From assembly GCF_963921235.1 (NCBI RefSeq), contig NC_086097.1:113090001-113154000 (forward strand): DNA of 64,000 nt, given 5' to 3'. Position 1 is the first letter of the stretch; each line of letters starts with the position of its first letter. Positions 12,427 through 24,300 of the stretch are shown one piece after another. Made by a program: the position numbers and the translations under genes. This DNA comes from Mobula hypostoma (lineage: Eukaryota). Below the pieces are notes generated by a model that ran no database searches, had not been told where the DNA came from, and saw nothing but the letters and a program-made list of their open reading frames with translations.

Positions 12427-13370
12427 GTTTACCACAGGAGTATGAGCAGGCTTTCAAGGTTAATTGGTTTTCTCATCCTAGATTGATACATTAATATTGA
12501 GGACTCAAAATGTAGCCCCGCTGGATCTTTCATACAATCAATAGCCTCCTGAATTATGACACCACAGTACCCTCATTCACACATATGGAAGTTCGGCTTA
12601 ATCTTACTGCCTAGACATTCTGGTTAAACCAGAATGTTGTATTGGAGTGGCACAAAACATTTGTCAGCAATCATTTTGATATCAAAATTCAGTTGCAACC
12701 ATAACCTAAACAGATCAGAGAATGTTGGGAGTGTGTTTCAATACAACCGAGGCCACAATATAGATAAGCAATTGTACAGTAGATACCCTGTAAGCCTCTC
12801 AAACCAATGCCAGGACTTCAAAAGTACATTAATCAAAGAGTGTCCCAAGTCAGTGTGGTCCAAGTTCTCATGTAAAATGTCAAAAGGAGCAAAGCACAGC
12901 GAACAAAGCTATCAGCTGCATCCCTGGCAAAGGTACTGTATTGTGGTCACATGGGCGACTCAGACGAGGCAATGCCTGGCTGAACCTTCTGAATAATTAT
13001 TTTACATTCGTGAAATGATATAAGCCTTTGCGTGTTGCTGCTGAAATAAACTAGGTTATGCAATGCAATCCCAGGTTTCCTCCTTACTGGACGAGTACAT
13101 GATTAACCCTGGTAGAGGCACTACCAGGACCAAGATCTTAAACACGCAGCATAAATTCTCAAACCATATAGTACAATCTGTACCACTATGTAAGTCATGG
13201 ACTGTTAGTTTTCAAATATAATGCTGTTAAATGCCTTTTCCTGTCAACTATGCAGCAAAAATAAACCATGGTGTTCCTATAATGGTGCTGATTATGGGTG
13301 AATAAATCTCTGACTGAGAATATACAGTGGAAAATATTTAAAATTATATCCTGTCCTGAAGTTATCCGAC

Positions 13371-13557
13371 ACCGGCCAGCTTGTACTCCTCTTCCCCCCA
13401 CCCCGAAATTTCTGGCTTCTGTCTCCTTCCATTCCAATCCTGATGAAGGGTCTCAGTGTGAAATGTCTGCTTATTCCACTCCATAGATGCTGCCTGAATT
13501 ATTGAGTTCCTCCAGGATTTTGTGTGTTGTTCTGGATCTGCAGAATCTCTTGTGTTT
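13371..13557 (+). mobile_element. Penelope-like element terminal repeat (pLTR) fragment
   Basis: cctgatgaagggtctc...gaaa...tccatagatgctgcctga...gagttcctccag; the same repeat abuts the GIY-YIG region at 14325-15090. Confidence 0.75.
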
Positions 13558-13639
13558 ATATTATATCATGTGTTTTTTAATTAACACCGTTTTGTTCAAG
13601 TATGTGAAATACTGTAAAGCACTTCAGTTGTCTAGGTCA

Positions 13640-14075
13640 ACATCAAGGTAAACTTGTTAACAAACTTTTATAAATTGTCATATATTTGAGATACATTCTC
13701 TTGCAGGCATTTACAGAAAATAATACAATTTATGAAAGACAACTCATAAATAAACACTGATAAACAGCCAATGTGCAAAAGAAGACAAATTGTGCAAAGG
13801 AAATAATAAATAATATTGAGAACATGAGTGTAAAATCTCCCTGAAAGTCAAGTTTGTAGATCGTGGAATCAGTTTTGAGTTGAGGTGAGTGAAGTTATCC
13901 ATGCCAGTTCAGGAGGCGAATTGTTGTAAGGTTGTAAGGTTGCCTCCTAACCTGGTGGTGTAAAACCTAAGGCTCCTATATCTCCTGCCCAAAGGTAGTA
14001 GCGAGAAGAGAGCATGGCCTGGGTAAGGGGACCCTTGATCTTGGATGCTGGTTTCTCGTCAGAGTGTTCCTTGTA
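13640..14075 (-). mobile_element. Rex1/Babar LINE 3' fragment
   Basis: Same 3' UTR and C-terminal coding remnant as 2325-2975. Confidence 0.7.
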
Positions 14076-14324
14076 AATGTGTTCAGACCATTTACAAGAA
14101 TGGTGTCAGGCCATGAATAAAGGGGTGAACAAGTTTATCATCATTGGTAATTAGCACAATATTAACATTAATGCTTAAAGCATCAGGTGGCAGTACTTGT
14201 GCTCATTTGCCATTGCCATTTGATGAGTAAGACCTGAAGACATATCAAAGGACTGCACAAAAAGCTTGCAAACTTCAATAATAAAGGAATGACAGGAACA
14301 AAGTTGTCACTTTATACTTAACAG

Positions 14325-15090
14325 CAAAACACACAGGATGCTGCAGGAACTCAGAAGGTCAGGCAGCATCTATGGAAGTGAATAAATAGTCGATGCTTCA
14401 GGCCAAGACCCTTCTTCAGGGCTGAGAAGAAAAGGGGAAGATGCCAGAATAAAAAGGTGGGGGGCGGGGGAGTAGGCTGGCTAGAAGGTGACAGGTGAAG
14501 CCAGGTGGGTTGGAAATATAAAGGACTGGAGAAAAAGGAATCTGTTAGGAGAGGAGAGTGTGCCATAGGAGGAAGGGAAGGAGGAGGGGACCCAGAGAGA
14601 AGTGATGGGCAGGTGAGAAGAGGTAAAAAGCCAGACTGGGGAAGAAAAGAAGAGGGAAGGGGAAGGATTTTTTAAAAGTAGGAGAAATCGATGTTCATGT
14701 CGTCAGTATGGAGGTTACCCAGACGGAATATGAAGTATTGCTCCTCCACCCTAGGGGTGACCTCATCTTGGCACGAGAGGACACCATGGACCAACACTGT
14801 ATGTCAGAATGGGAATGGGAATCAGAATTAAAAGTGCCACAGGTAACTTCTGCTTTTTGGCGGATGAAGCAGAGGTGCTCGACGAAGTGGTCCCCATATT
14901 TACAATGGGTCTCACCAATGACGAGGAGGCCACATTCAATGCAGCAGATACAATAGACAACCCCAGCAGTTTTGCAGGTGAAGTGCTGCCTCACCTGAAA
15001 ACACTGTTTGGGGCCCTGAATGGAGGTGAGGGAGGAGGTGTATGGAAAAGTGTAGCACTTCTACTGCTTGCAGGGATAAGTGCCGGGAAG
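14325..15090 (-). mobile_element. Penelope-like retroelement 3' part (GIY-YIG endonuclease remnant + pLTR)
   Basis: ORF 14695-14994: RQHFTCKTAGVVYCICCIECGLLVIGET...DHFVEHL...FNSDSHS, the PLE GIY-YIG signature. Followed by a pyrimidine-rich UTR and a hammerhead-like motif. Confidence 0.85.
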
Positions 15091-15359
15091 GTGGTTAGAG
15101 GGGTGGGACTTTACACGATGTGGAGATGCAAATTGTATGATGCTATTCAAAAGAAGCAGGAACGAAACATTAAATCTCAAGCTTTGAAGAGTTTTGAAGA
15201 TACTGATTGCCCTGGTTCAAATTAACTTTTAATTGTTAAAATGACTAGATCTATTCGATACTACCCAAACTATATCTGAATTAGTGCACAAGTAAACAAA
15301 CACAGCAGTAAGACAGATTGCAATGTTTCATCAAGTTTGCAAGCATTCAGTATTGATTA

Positions 15360-15625
15360 CACTCAGTAGCTAATTCATTAGGTACACCTGTACATCTGCT
15401 CGTTAATGCAGGTATCTAATCAGCCAATCATGTGGCAGCAACACAATGTATAAAAGGATGTAGACATAGTCAAGAGATTCAATTGTTGTTCAGAACAAAT
15501 ATCAGAATTGAGAAGAAATTTGACCTAAGTGACTTTGACTGGAATGATTTTTGGTGCCAGATGGGAAGGTTTGAGTATCTTAGAAACTGCTGAACTCTGG
15601 GGATATTCACGCAATGGTATCTAGA
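15360..15625 (+). mobile_element. Tc1-like transposon left-end fragment
   Basis: TA + cactcagtagctaattcattaggtacacctg TIR, then a decayed transposase start. A PLE UTR fragment follows (15630-16010). Confidence 0.75.
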
Positions 15626-16914
15626 ATTGGACATCAATTTCTCTAACTTCCAGTAGTTTTCCCCTTTCCACTTCTATCTTCTTCAATTCCCCACTCTGGC
15701 TCCATTCTTACCTCTTCTCTTCTCTTCAACTGCCTATCACCTTCCCCTGGGGATCCTTCTCCTTCCTTTTCTACCATGATCCACTCTTCTCTTCTCTCAG
15801 GTTGCTTTAAATCTTTACCTATACCTTTTCCACCTTTCATCTCCCAGCTTCTTTCTTCATTCTCTCTCCCCCCACACACTAGGCTTTACTTTCCCCTTGT
15901 ACTCTTCCCCTCCACCACCACCTTCTTTTCTTTCCCCTCTCTCCACCTTCTTTTCTTTCCCCTCCCCCCACCTTCTTCTCTTTCCCCTCCCCCGACTTCT
16001 TATTCCGCCTCTCTCAATAAGATGATCCCATCAGACCCAAAGGACGCAGACCTTAATATTTATCACAAGACTTCTCGTTCTGAGAATAAGACATAGGAGC
16101 AGAATTAGGCAAATCCATTCACTGAGTCTGCTCCACCATTCATTCGTGGCTAATTTATTATCTTTCCCAACCCCATTCTCCTGTGTTCTCCTGGTAACCT
16201 TAGATGCCATTACTAATCAAGAACCATTAACCTCCACTTTAAATATACCCAATGGCTTGGTTTTTACAGCTGTCTGTTCCAATGAACTTCATAGATTCAC
16301 CTCCCTCTGGCTATAGAAATTCCCCCTTGTCTCTTTTCTAATGGGAAGTACTTTTATTCTCAGGCTGGGCCCTCTGGTCCTGGACACCCCCATTATGAGA
16401 AACATCCTCTCCACATCCACTCTGTCTAGGCATTTCAATGTTTGATAGATGTTATGTCTTGTAACTCCAAAATATGAAACTAATTGAAAGGAAAACAAGA
16501 GAGCTGTGAATGTGAGTCTAACTTCACCTTTTCTTTTAGGCGAGGAGCATGCATATTACGTGGTCGCATGATGAACTATGCCATTTTTGAACTTTTACTG
16601 ATAACCCACAACCGAGCCAGTGTCCTGGTGTTCCATTTTAATTAATTTGATGATCATTTCTGGTGTAAGCCATATGCTTCTGTATTGTTAGTTTTCACAA
16701 TGTAAACCTCAAGGCTACTCAGTCCAGTGCCACTTTCATCAGATTCTTCATCAACAGCATGCAGATTGGTGCTCTTTTTGGAACTGCAACTTGTATTTTT
16801 ATTTTTTCTCTTCCCTGTGCAGACCATTTTAGTCTGACCAACATGCTCACTGTATATGTCCCACTTTGTTGCACATTCTGCACGCTTTGCCTTTAAATCT
16901 GCATTGGTCAAAGA

Positions 16915-17210
16915 GGCGGCATGGTAGCTCAGTGACTGGCGCAACGTTTTACCGTACAGGTGACCCGGTTCCGTTCCCAACGCTGCCTGTAAGCGGTTTC
17001 TATGTTCTCCCCGTGACCACGGGGGTTTTCTCCAGGGGCTCCAGTTTCCTCCCACAGTCTAAATGTATACTGGTTGGTAGGTTAATTGGTCATCATAAAT
17101 TATCCTGTGATTTGGCTTGGTGAGTTGCTATGTGGCTTTGAAGGGCCATAAGGGCGTACACCACATGGTATCTCAATAAATAAATACATACATACATACA
17201 TACATACATT
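16915..17210 (+). mobile_element. tRNA-derived V-SINE-like element with (TACA)n tail
   Basis: Head ggcggcatggtagctcagtg; core gttctccccgtgacc...ccagtttcctcccacagtc; tail ctcaataaataaatacatacatac. Confidence 0.85.
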
Positions 17211-18224
17211 TATGCTCTTTTGGAAACTGCAACTTGACCTCTTATCTTTTTCTCTTCTCTGTGCAATCCACTTATGTGTCCTACTTTGTTGCATTTTCTC
17301 CAAGTTTCAGATTTAAACCTGCATTGGACTGGTGTATGTGAGCCCCTGCCACAACTTGTTTAGACTGGCAGGGTTCTGTTAAGATACTGCAATTTAGTTT
17401 ACACTCACTTTCATTCCTGACTACAACTCAATTGTGTCTCTGTCTGCTGTTTCCATTGATACATCAATTTCAAATGTTCTGTTCTATAAATGTGAGTTGT
17501 ACTTCAGCAGGGAGCCATTCTGAATGCCTTTCTGTGAGAGTCCTCAAACTAAACAATCACTCAGTGCATCATTAAGCCATCAGTGAAATGACAATACTTA
17601 GACAATCTCTTCAATTCAGCCATGTATGCTAAAATGGACTCCATAATTTTGATTCCAAGTCAAGTCAAGAAGCTTTTTATTGTCATTTCGACTATAAAAC
17701 CTGAAGCATTTTGCAATCAGCAGATTCTAAATGTTCCTACATTACTTTCATGATATCAGCAAAGCTCAATTCAGCTTGTTTGGTCATTGCAGTTAAAATT
17801 CTAAGCATACTCTATGCTTTTCCACCTAATACATGTAGCAAAACTAGCACTTGTTTTTTATTGGCTATTCCATTTACTTTAAAATACTGCTCAGTCTCCA
17901 TATCCCAGATATCTTTCGTGTTATCAAAAGTGTCTATCTTTCCAGTGTAGTCAGCCATTTCTGCACTTTTTTATGATTGTATTCACCCAGTATTCACTGT
18001 TTATGAACCTGTGACTTATTCTCTTTTCTGCCTTTTTTTAACTTGATCATCTTTTGTTTTGCAAAGAAAACGTGATGTTCCAAAGAAAATAAAAAGTGGT
18101 GGGCTTTTTTTAACTAGACAGCAGGGGATGGTTTCAACAGATTGCAGAATGATGGTAAAATGAAAGAGAAAAGTGTGGATAAAGATAAAGTAAAAGCAGA
18201 AGTTAAAAAAAAGACAAGTAAGGG

Positions 18225-19241
18225 TGTCATGGTCCGGTCCGTGAAGTCCATATTCCAGTTCACGGTCCGGTCCATCGACCCTTGCTCCAGGTTTTCCTGT
18301 CTACCCTGTTTCTGTTCTTGTTGAGCTCTAATTGAGGCAGCTGATGCTCGTTGGGGCTGGCTGCATAAATACCTCCAGAGACCAGGGCATGGGTGCTGGA
18401 TTGTTCTTCTCCTTACTCCTTGTATGCCTTCCTCTGCCTTCTGTTTCCTCGCCTGAAGCCTTGCCTTGTTTTGCCGGTAACTCTCGCCTCACCTGAAGTT
18501 CTCGTTTCGCCTTGCATTGCCTGAAGCCTTGCCTGGTCTTGCTGGTAATTCTCGCCTTGTCTCGCCTTCAGTCTTGTCCTGGAGCCGCCCCGTACCTAGC
18601 TCCATTCCTGTCCCTTGCCTCCGCCGGCTAAGCCAGGCCGTATTGCCATTACCTGCGGTTGGTTCTGTCCCTTCCTGTCCCTTGCCTCCGTCGGGTGGTG
18701 ATCTGCACCCTGCCCAGGAGTACCGCGCCCTGCCCAGGAGTAGCCTCCAGCCTCCAGTCTCCAACCAAGCCTCTAGCCTCCGGCCTCAAGCCTGAAGACT
18801 CCAGCCTCCTGCCTCCTGCCATGCCTCGCCTCAAGTCTCTAGCCTCAAACCTGAAGACTCCAGCCTCCTGCCTCCTGCCAAGCCTCACCTCTAGTCTCTA
18901 GCCTCAAGCTTGAAGATTCTAGCCTCCTGCTTCTGCCAAGCCTCACCTCTAGTCTCTAGTCTCAAGCCTGAGGACTCCAGCCTCGTCCTGCCTGCCAGCC
19001 AAGCCTCGTCCTTGCCTAGTTCTGGGGTCGGAGCCAAAGGCAAGACCCAGGTACTGGGTCCTTGTCCAATCTCTGGCTCGGAGTCCAAGCCCGGGCTCCT
19101 AGCTCTCTTCTCCAGTCCTGTTCCAGGTTCCCGGTTTTCGTGTCGATGTCCTTGCTCTCACCCTGTATCCTAGTCCTGTCCCTAGTACTTCACTGTCTGT
19201 GTCTTGCACTTGGGTCCGTTCCTACCCACCGCCTTATGACA
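18225..19241 (+). mobile_element. Solo LTR (~1.02 kb), same family as 11256-12426
   Basis: tgtcat...atgaca with perfect 5-bp TSD AAGGG (18220-18224 / 19242-19246); 4 minisatellite units. Confidence 0.9.
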
Positions 19242-21313
19242 AAGGGTGGAGTGAAGAAAAGTCAAGTGCGTAAGAGACAAAGATTACTAGAGTTTAAAGG
19301 CGCAATGAGTGTAAGGGCACTTTATCTGAATGCCCATAGTATTTGTAACAAGGTCAGTGAACTTGTGGCACAAATCAGTATATAGGGATATGATTTAGTG
19401 GCCATTACAGAAACGTGGTTGCAGGGTGGAGGGAACTGGAAATTAAATATCCAAGGATATCAGGTAATACAGGAGGATAGGTAAGAAGGTAAGGGAGGTG
19501 GGGTAGCGCTCTTAATTAAGGATGAGATCAGGTCGATAGTGAGAGACAATAAAAGATCTAAGGAGAAGAGTATTCAATCCATATGGGTAGAGATTAGGAA
19601 TAGTAAAGGGTAAAAAAAATCACTGGTGGGTGTGATCTATAGGCCACCAAGTAATAACATTATAGTGGGACAGGCAATAAACCGAGAAATATCTGAGGCA
19701 TGTTAGAATGGGACAGTAGTTATCATGGGGGACTTTAACTTGCACATAGATTGGGTGAATCAAGTTGGTCGAGGCAGTCTTGAGAAGGACTTCATAGAAT
19801 ACATCCATGGTGACTTTGTTAAACAGCATGTTACTAAACCTACAAGGAAACATGCTATCTTAGGTCTGGTCCTGTGCAATGAAACAGGTAAAATTAGTGA
19901 TCTTGTAGTTATGGGTCTTTTTGGAAAGAGTGATCACAGTATGACTGAGTTTCTCATACAAATGGAGGGAGCAACAGTTTGATCTAAAACCAGCGTATCA
20001 TGCCTAAACAATGGAGACTACCATGGGATGGCAGAGGAGTTGGATAGGGTAGAATGGGAACATAGGCTATATGGTGGGACAGTTGAGGAACAGTGAAAAG
20101 ACTTTCAAAGAGATTTTTCACGTTGCTCAACAAAACTATATTCCAGTTAAAAGTAAGGACAGTAAGGGTGGGGAGAGCCAACAAGGATAACTAAGGAAAT
20201 AAAGGAAGATATCAAACTAAAAGTTCATGTGTACAAGGTCACTAAGAGTAGTGGAAAACTGGAAGATTGGGAAAACTTTAAAAAGCAACGAAGAACCACT
20301 AAATGAGCAATAAAGAAAGGGAATATAGATTATGAAAGTAAACTAGCACAAAATATAAAAACAGATAGTAAAAGTTTTTATAATTATATAAAGCAGAATA
20401 GGGTGGCCAAAGTGGACATAGGTCCCTTGGAGGATGAGAAAGAGGCATTGATATTCAGTAATGAGGAGATGGCCGAGGCTTTGAATGACTATTTTACATC
20501 CGTCTTCACAGTAGAGGATATGTTCGAGAGATGATATGGAGGCAATGGGAGGTGAGGATCTCAACACAATAGCTATCACTAAAGAGGTACTGCTGAGCAA
20601 ATTTATGGGCCTAAAGATAGACAAGTCCCCTGGTCCTGATGGAATACAACCCAGGGTACTGAAAGAAATGGTAAAGGTTATACTTGAGGTTTTGGTGATA
20701 ATTAACTAAAATTCTCTGGAACCTGGGCAGGTCCGAATGGATTGGAAGAAGTTGAATGTCACACCACTATTCAAAAAAGGATGTAGGCAAAAGACAGGTT
20801 ACTGTAAGGCAGTTAGTTTAACATCCGTAGTTGGGAAAATGCTTGAAGTTATCATTAAAGAAGAAATTGTGAGGCATCTGGAAAGAGATGGATCCATCAG
20901 GCAGACGCAGCATGGATTCAGCAAAGGCTGGTCCTGTTTGACAAACTTACTGGGGTTCTTTGAGTATATAACGAGCACAGTGGATAGACGGGAACAGATG
21001 GACGTTATTTATTTGGATTTCCAAAAGGCATTTGATAAGGTGCCATGTTAAAGACTGATTTATAAGATAAGGATGCATTGAGTTGGGGGGCGATGTATTA
21101 GCATGGGTAGAGAATTGATTAACCAATAGAAAGCAGACAGTTGGGATACGTGGGTGTTTCTCTGGCTGGCACTCAGTGCTGAGTGGTGTGCCGCAGGGAA
21201 ACTGCTTTCCCCAGAGGGTGCTGAATCTGTGGAATTCTCTAGCTAATAAAGCAGTAAATATATTTAAGACAAGGTTGGATAGATTTTTGCATAATAGGGA
21301 AATTAAGGGTTAT

Positions 21314-21368
21314 AGTCATAGTCACAGTCATAGTCATACTTTATTGATCCCGGGGGAAATTAGTTTTC
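21314..21368 (-). mobile_element. Ultra-short Rex1 3'-tail insertion
   Basis: (agtcat)n + actttattgatcccgggggaaatt matches the tail at 61295-61345; flanked by gttat on both sides. Confidence 0.8.
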
Positions 21369-22029
21369 GTTATGGGGAAAAGGCAGGAAGGTGGAGATGA
21401 GCCCATGTCCAGATCAGCCATGATCTTATTGAATGGCGGGGCAGGCTCGACAGGCCTGCTCCTATTTCTTATGTTCTTACGTTGACAGTTTCTCACTGCG
21501 CTTTTTAAAAACTTGAACATCTCGCTGTGCCTCAGCAGTCATCTTGGGTTTGTTTAAAACTTGCTTGTCATTGCTGTTAGTCTTGTAACTCCAAAACATA
21601 AAAACTAATTGAAAGGAAAACAAGATGGCTAGGAATGTGAGTCCAACTTCATCGTTGTGGTGACATGATGGTGTATCTCATTTACTACTTTTACAGATAA
21701 CACACAATGCATTATGCAAATAACAAAGGATGCTTAATCAAACACTATATTTACAATATTTTTCAAAAATATTAAATACACAACTAGTATCAATTGTTTG
21801 GTGACAATAAAGTATAAAGTTTAAAGTATAAACAAAGTATAAAGTATAAAGTAAGTTTCAATGAGATCACTCCCTCTTTCCTCTAAACCCCTGTGTCTAC
21901 AAGCCCAGAGCTATTAAATGTTTCTATATGTGAGCCCTTTCATTCTTGGGATCATTCTGAACTTCCTCAGCACCCTCTCCAATGCCGGCACATCCTTTCT
22001 TAGATCAGGGGCTTGACTTTCCAGGAAAA

Positions 22030-22790
22030 TCAGTATAAACCTCACTGATCTCACTGTCATTTATGTCTTTTGTCTTAGCAAATAATGCTGCAAAGTACTC
22101 AGAATGTTGTCTGATTCCTCTGGTTCCTGGTATAAACACCCTTCATTGCCCTTGAGCAGTTCTAACCTTTCCATAGATACCCCATTGTTCATTAGGTACT
22201 GTATGTATAAAATGCCTTAGGTTTCTCCTCAGTCCTGCTCAACAAGGCATTTCATGGCCTCTTTTATCCTCCCTGATTCCCTGTTTAATTTCTTTTCTGC
22301 TTCCTTTATATTCCTCAAAAGCTGTGTCTGATTTCAGCTCCCTAAACCGTACATATGCATTTTTTCTCCATTTTACTAAATTCACATCATCTCATGCGAT
22401 CCAATGTTCCCAAACCTTGCTATCCTTGTCTTTCTTCCACACAGGAACAAGTTTCATCTGTTCTGTATTAAGTTTCTGTAAATCCAGAAATAAAAGTACT
22501 CATGTGTAAAATCCATCCCAACATTTGTGGGTACATTGGAAATGCATTTGTAGTGCTTTTTCTGAAAATTCCATAAGACCATGAGATACAGGAGCAGAAT
22601 TAGGCCATTTGGCCCATTGCGTCTGCTCCCCCATTTCATCATGCATGGCTGATCCAAATTTATCAGTCCCAATCTCCTGCCTTCTCCCCAAATCCCTTCA
22701 TGTGCTGACCAATCAAGAATTCATCAACCTCTGCCTTAAATATACATAAAGACTTGGCCTCCAGAACTGCCTCTGGCAAAGAATTCAAAG
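22030..22790 (-). mobile_element. CR1 fragments (internal piece 22030-22460; 3' end 22573-22790)
   Basis: Minus translation NSLPEAVLEAKSLCIFKAEVDEFL and a CR1 3' UTR. Confidence 0.7.
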
Positions 22791-22794
22791 AACT

Positions 22795-23080
22795 GAGCAG
22801 TTGATGTAACACTTTACGGCGCAAGCTGTAAGATCGGTGTTCAATTCCTGCTGCTTTCCGTGAGGATTTTGTACTTTTTCCCCATGGCCACATGGGTTTC
22901 CTTCAGGTCCTCCGGATTCCTCCCACATTCCAAACCCTTATGAGTTCGGCTGAGTAAATTGTGGGCATGCTATGTTGGCACCAGAAGTATGGCAACACTT
23001 GCGGGCCGCCCTCAGCACATTCTCGATGCAGCTGTGGCATTTCACTGTATGCTTCAATATATATGTGACAAATAAAACAA
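22795..23080 (+). mobile_element. V-SINE-like element (similar copies at 25190-25480, 26235-26485, 38233-38460 +; 37370-37630 -)
   Basis: tRNA B-box-like gttcaattcc and core gggtttcc...ccggattcctcccacattccaaa. Confidence 0.7.
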
Positions 23081-23959
23081 ATCTTTTCTTTAACTTTTTC
23101 GATATCTTTAAAAAGGATTTCTTGAAAGGTACCTCAAAATGAAATATGTTCTTCTCTTTTGGTACCACCAACAGAAAATCTATCTCTATGTTCTAACCTA
23201 CACTGTATAATTGTATAAAGGTGAAATATTAACTGTCAAAGTGTGGTTACACGCCAATTAATTGTTATTATTATAAAATATTAATTCATAGCAATTCAAT
23301 TACCCACAGTAAGTACCTGAATTGTAAAACCAAGCCTTCAGGCAAGAAGTGACCTGATAAAGTTCAAAGTAATTATGTTTGTGCCACAATTCATTAAAAA
23401 GTCTGTTGAATATTTTGAATGCAAACCTTAAAGGGAAATTGGACATAGAAGAATTTGAGGAGCAGTATGGGATCTGAAAGACAAGGTCCACTTGTAACAG
23501 GAAGGAACACTTTTATTCCTCCACGGCTTCTCATTTAAAATATATTTCATAATTTAAAAAGAAACACAGTGGTCTACAATAATTGCCTGAAGGATCACCT
23601 GGTAGACCTTGGATGTAACCTTTCTTTTTAACTAGCTTATAGCAGCACCAAGACAAGTCAATAAATTATTACAGAAGGAACTTAAACAGGTGTTTGAATC
23701 CACAGATTTGTTTTGTCCAGATTCTTTCATTCTCACAATTTTCCTGATAAAATGTAATATCCAAAGACAACTAGTTTTCTCAGCAGCAGAATGTGTATTT
23801 TTAAGGCTTGTTATAAATAAACCTTTGCTGGATGACAGGAATCCCCAGCTGAAACAGTAAATCTAATGGGGCTCCCCTCAGAAATAATTATCTCACGGTC
23901 ATTTCAGTCCAATTAAATCAAACATCTTTAAACTGCCTAGTACCACTGATAAGCCTAAA

Positions 23960-24300
23960 AATTGCTTCCATGCCCCTGAAACACTGCCTTGACTTCTTTG
24001 TGCTTGCATCTGAATTCAGGCATGATTCCCATTACCACCTTCCGGCAATGGCAACCTTCGTGTTCCTGCTGGTCACCCTCCCAACCACGCCTATACCTGG
24101 CTCAATCTGCCCACCATTCTCTCCCCTCCTTGGCCCATCAAACACCTCTGCCCCCTGTCTCACCTTCCCTCCCCCCACCCGCCCAGCCCCCGCTCCTCTT
24201 TACTCTGGCTATCTCCGCTCTCCACTCTTAACTCTGATGCAAGGTTTCCACCCAAAATGTCAATAATTCCATTCCTTCCACAGATGTTGCTTGACTCTAA
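23960..24300 (+). mobile_element. Old Penelope-like 3' fragment
   Basis: Pyrimidine-rich UTR and decayed ctgatgcaagg...aaaatgtc...cacagatgttgcttgac motif. Confidence 0.6.

Larger units (their letters stand above)
18100..21480 (+). mobile_element. Long decayed CR1 LINE (APE endonuclease + RT, internal deletion)
   Basis: LYLNAHSICNKVSEL (endonuclease start); MGDFNLHIDW; VIYLDFQKAFDKVP; SGVPQG joined directly to the C-terminal FPQRVLNLWNSL at ~21197. Many stops. Confidence 0.9.
16450..21785 (-). mobile_element. Deleted Gypsy element related to 5413-10408 (gag/protease start only)
   Basis: LTR copies begin tgtta...gtaactccaaaa at 16450 and 21575. Gag N-terminus on the minus strand near 17960 (MADYTGKIDTFD). 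pol is absent. Confidence 0.75.
16085..22020 (-). mobile_element. CR1 3' fragment (16085-16449 + ~21853-22020) split by a nested stack of insertions
   Basis: Minus translation LDRVDVERMFL...SRTRGPSLRIK...RGNFYSQREVNL. The host sequence resumes at gtttcaatgagatc (~21855). Confidence 0.75.

Noticed and set aside
16915..16990. tRNA gene
   Set aside because: Degenerate tRNA-derived SINE head without a complete cloverleaf; the same applies to the other SINE heads.
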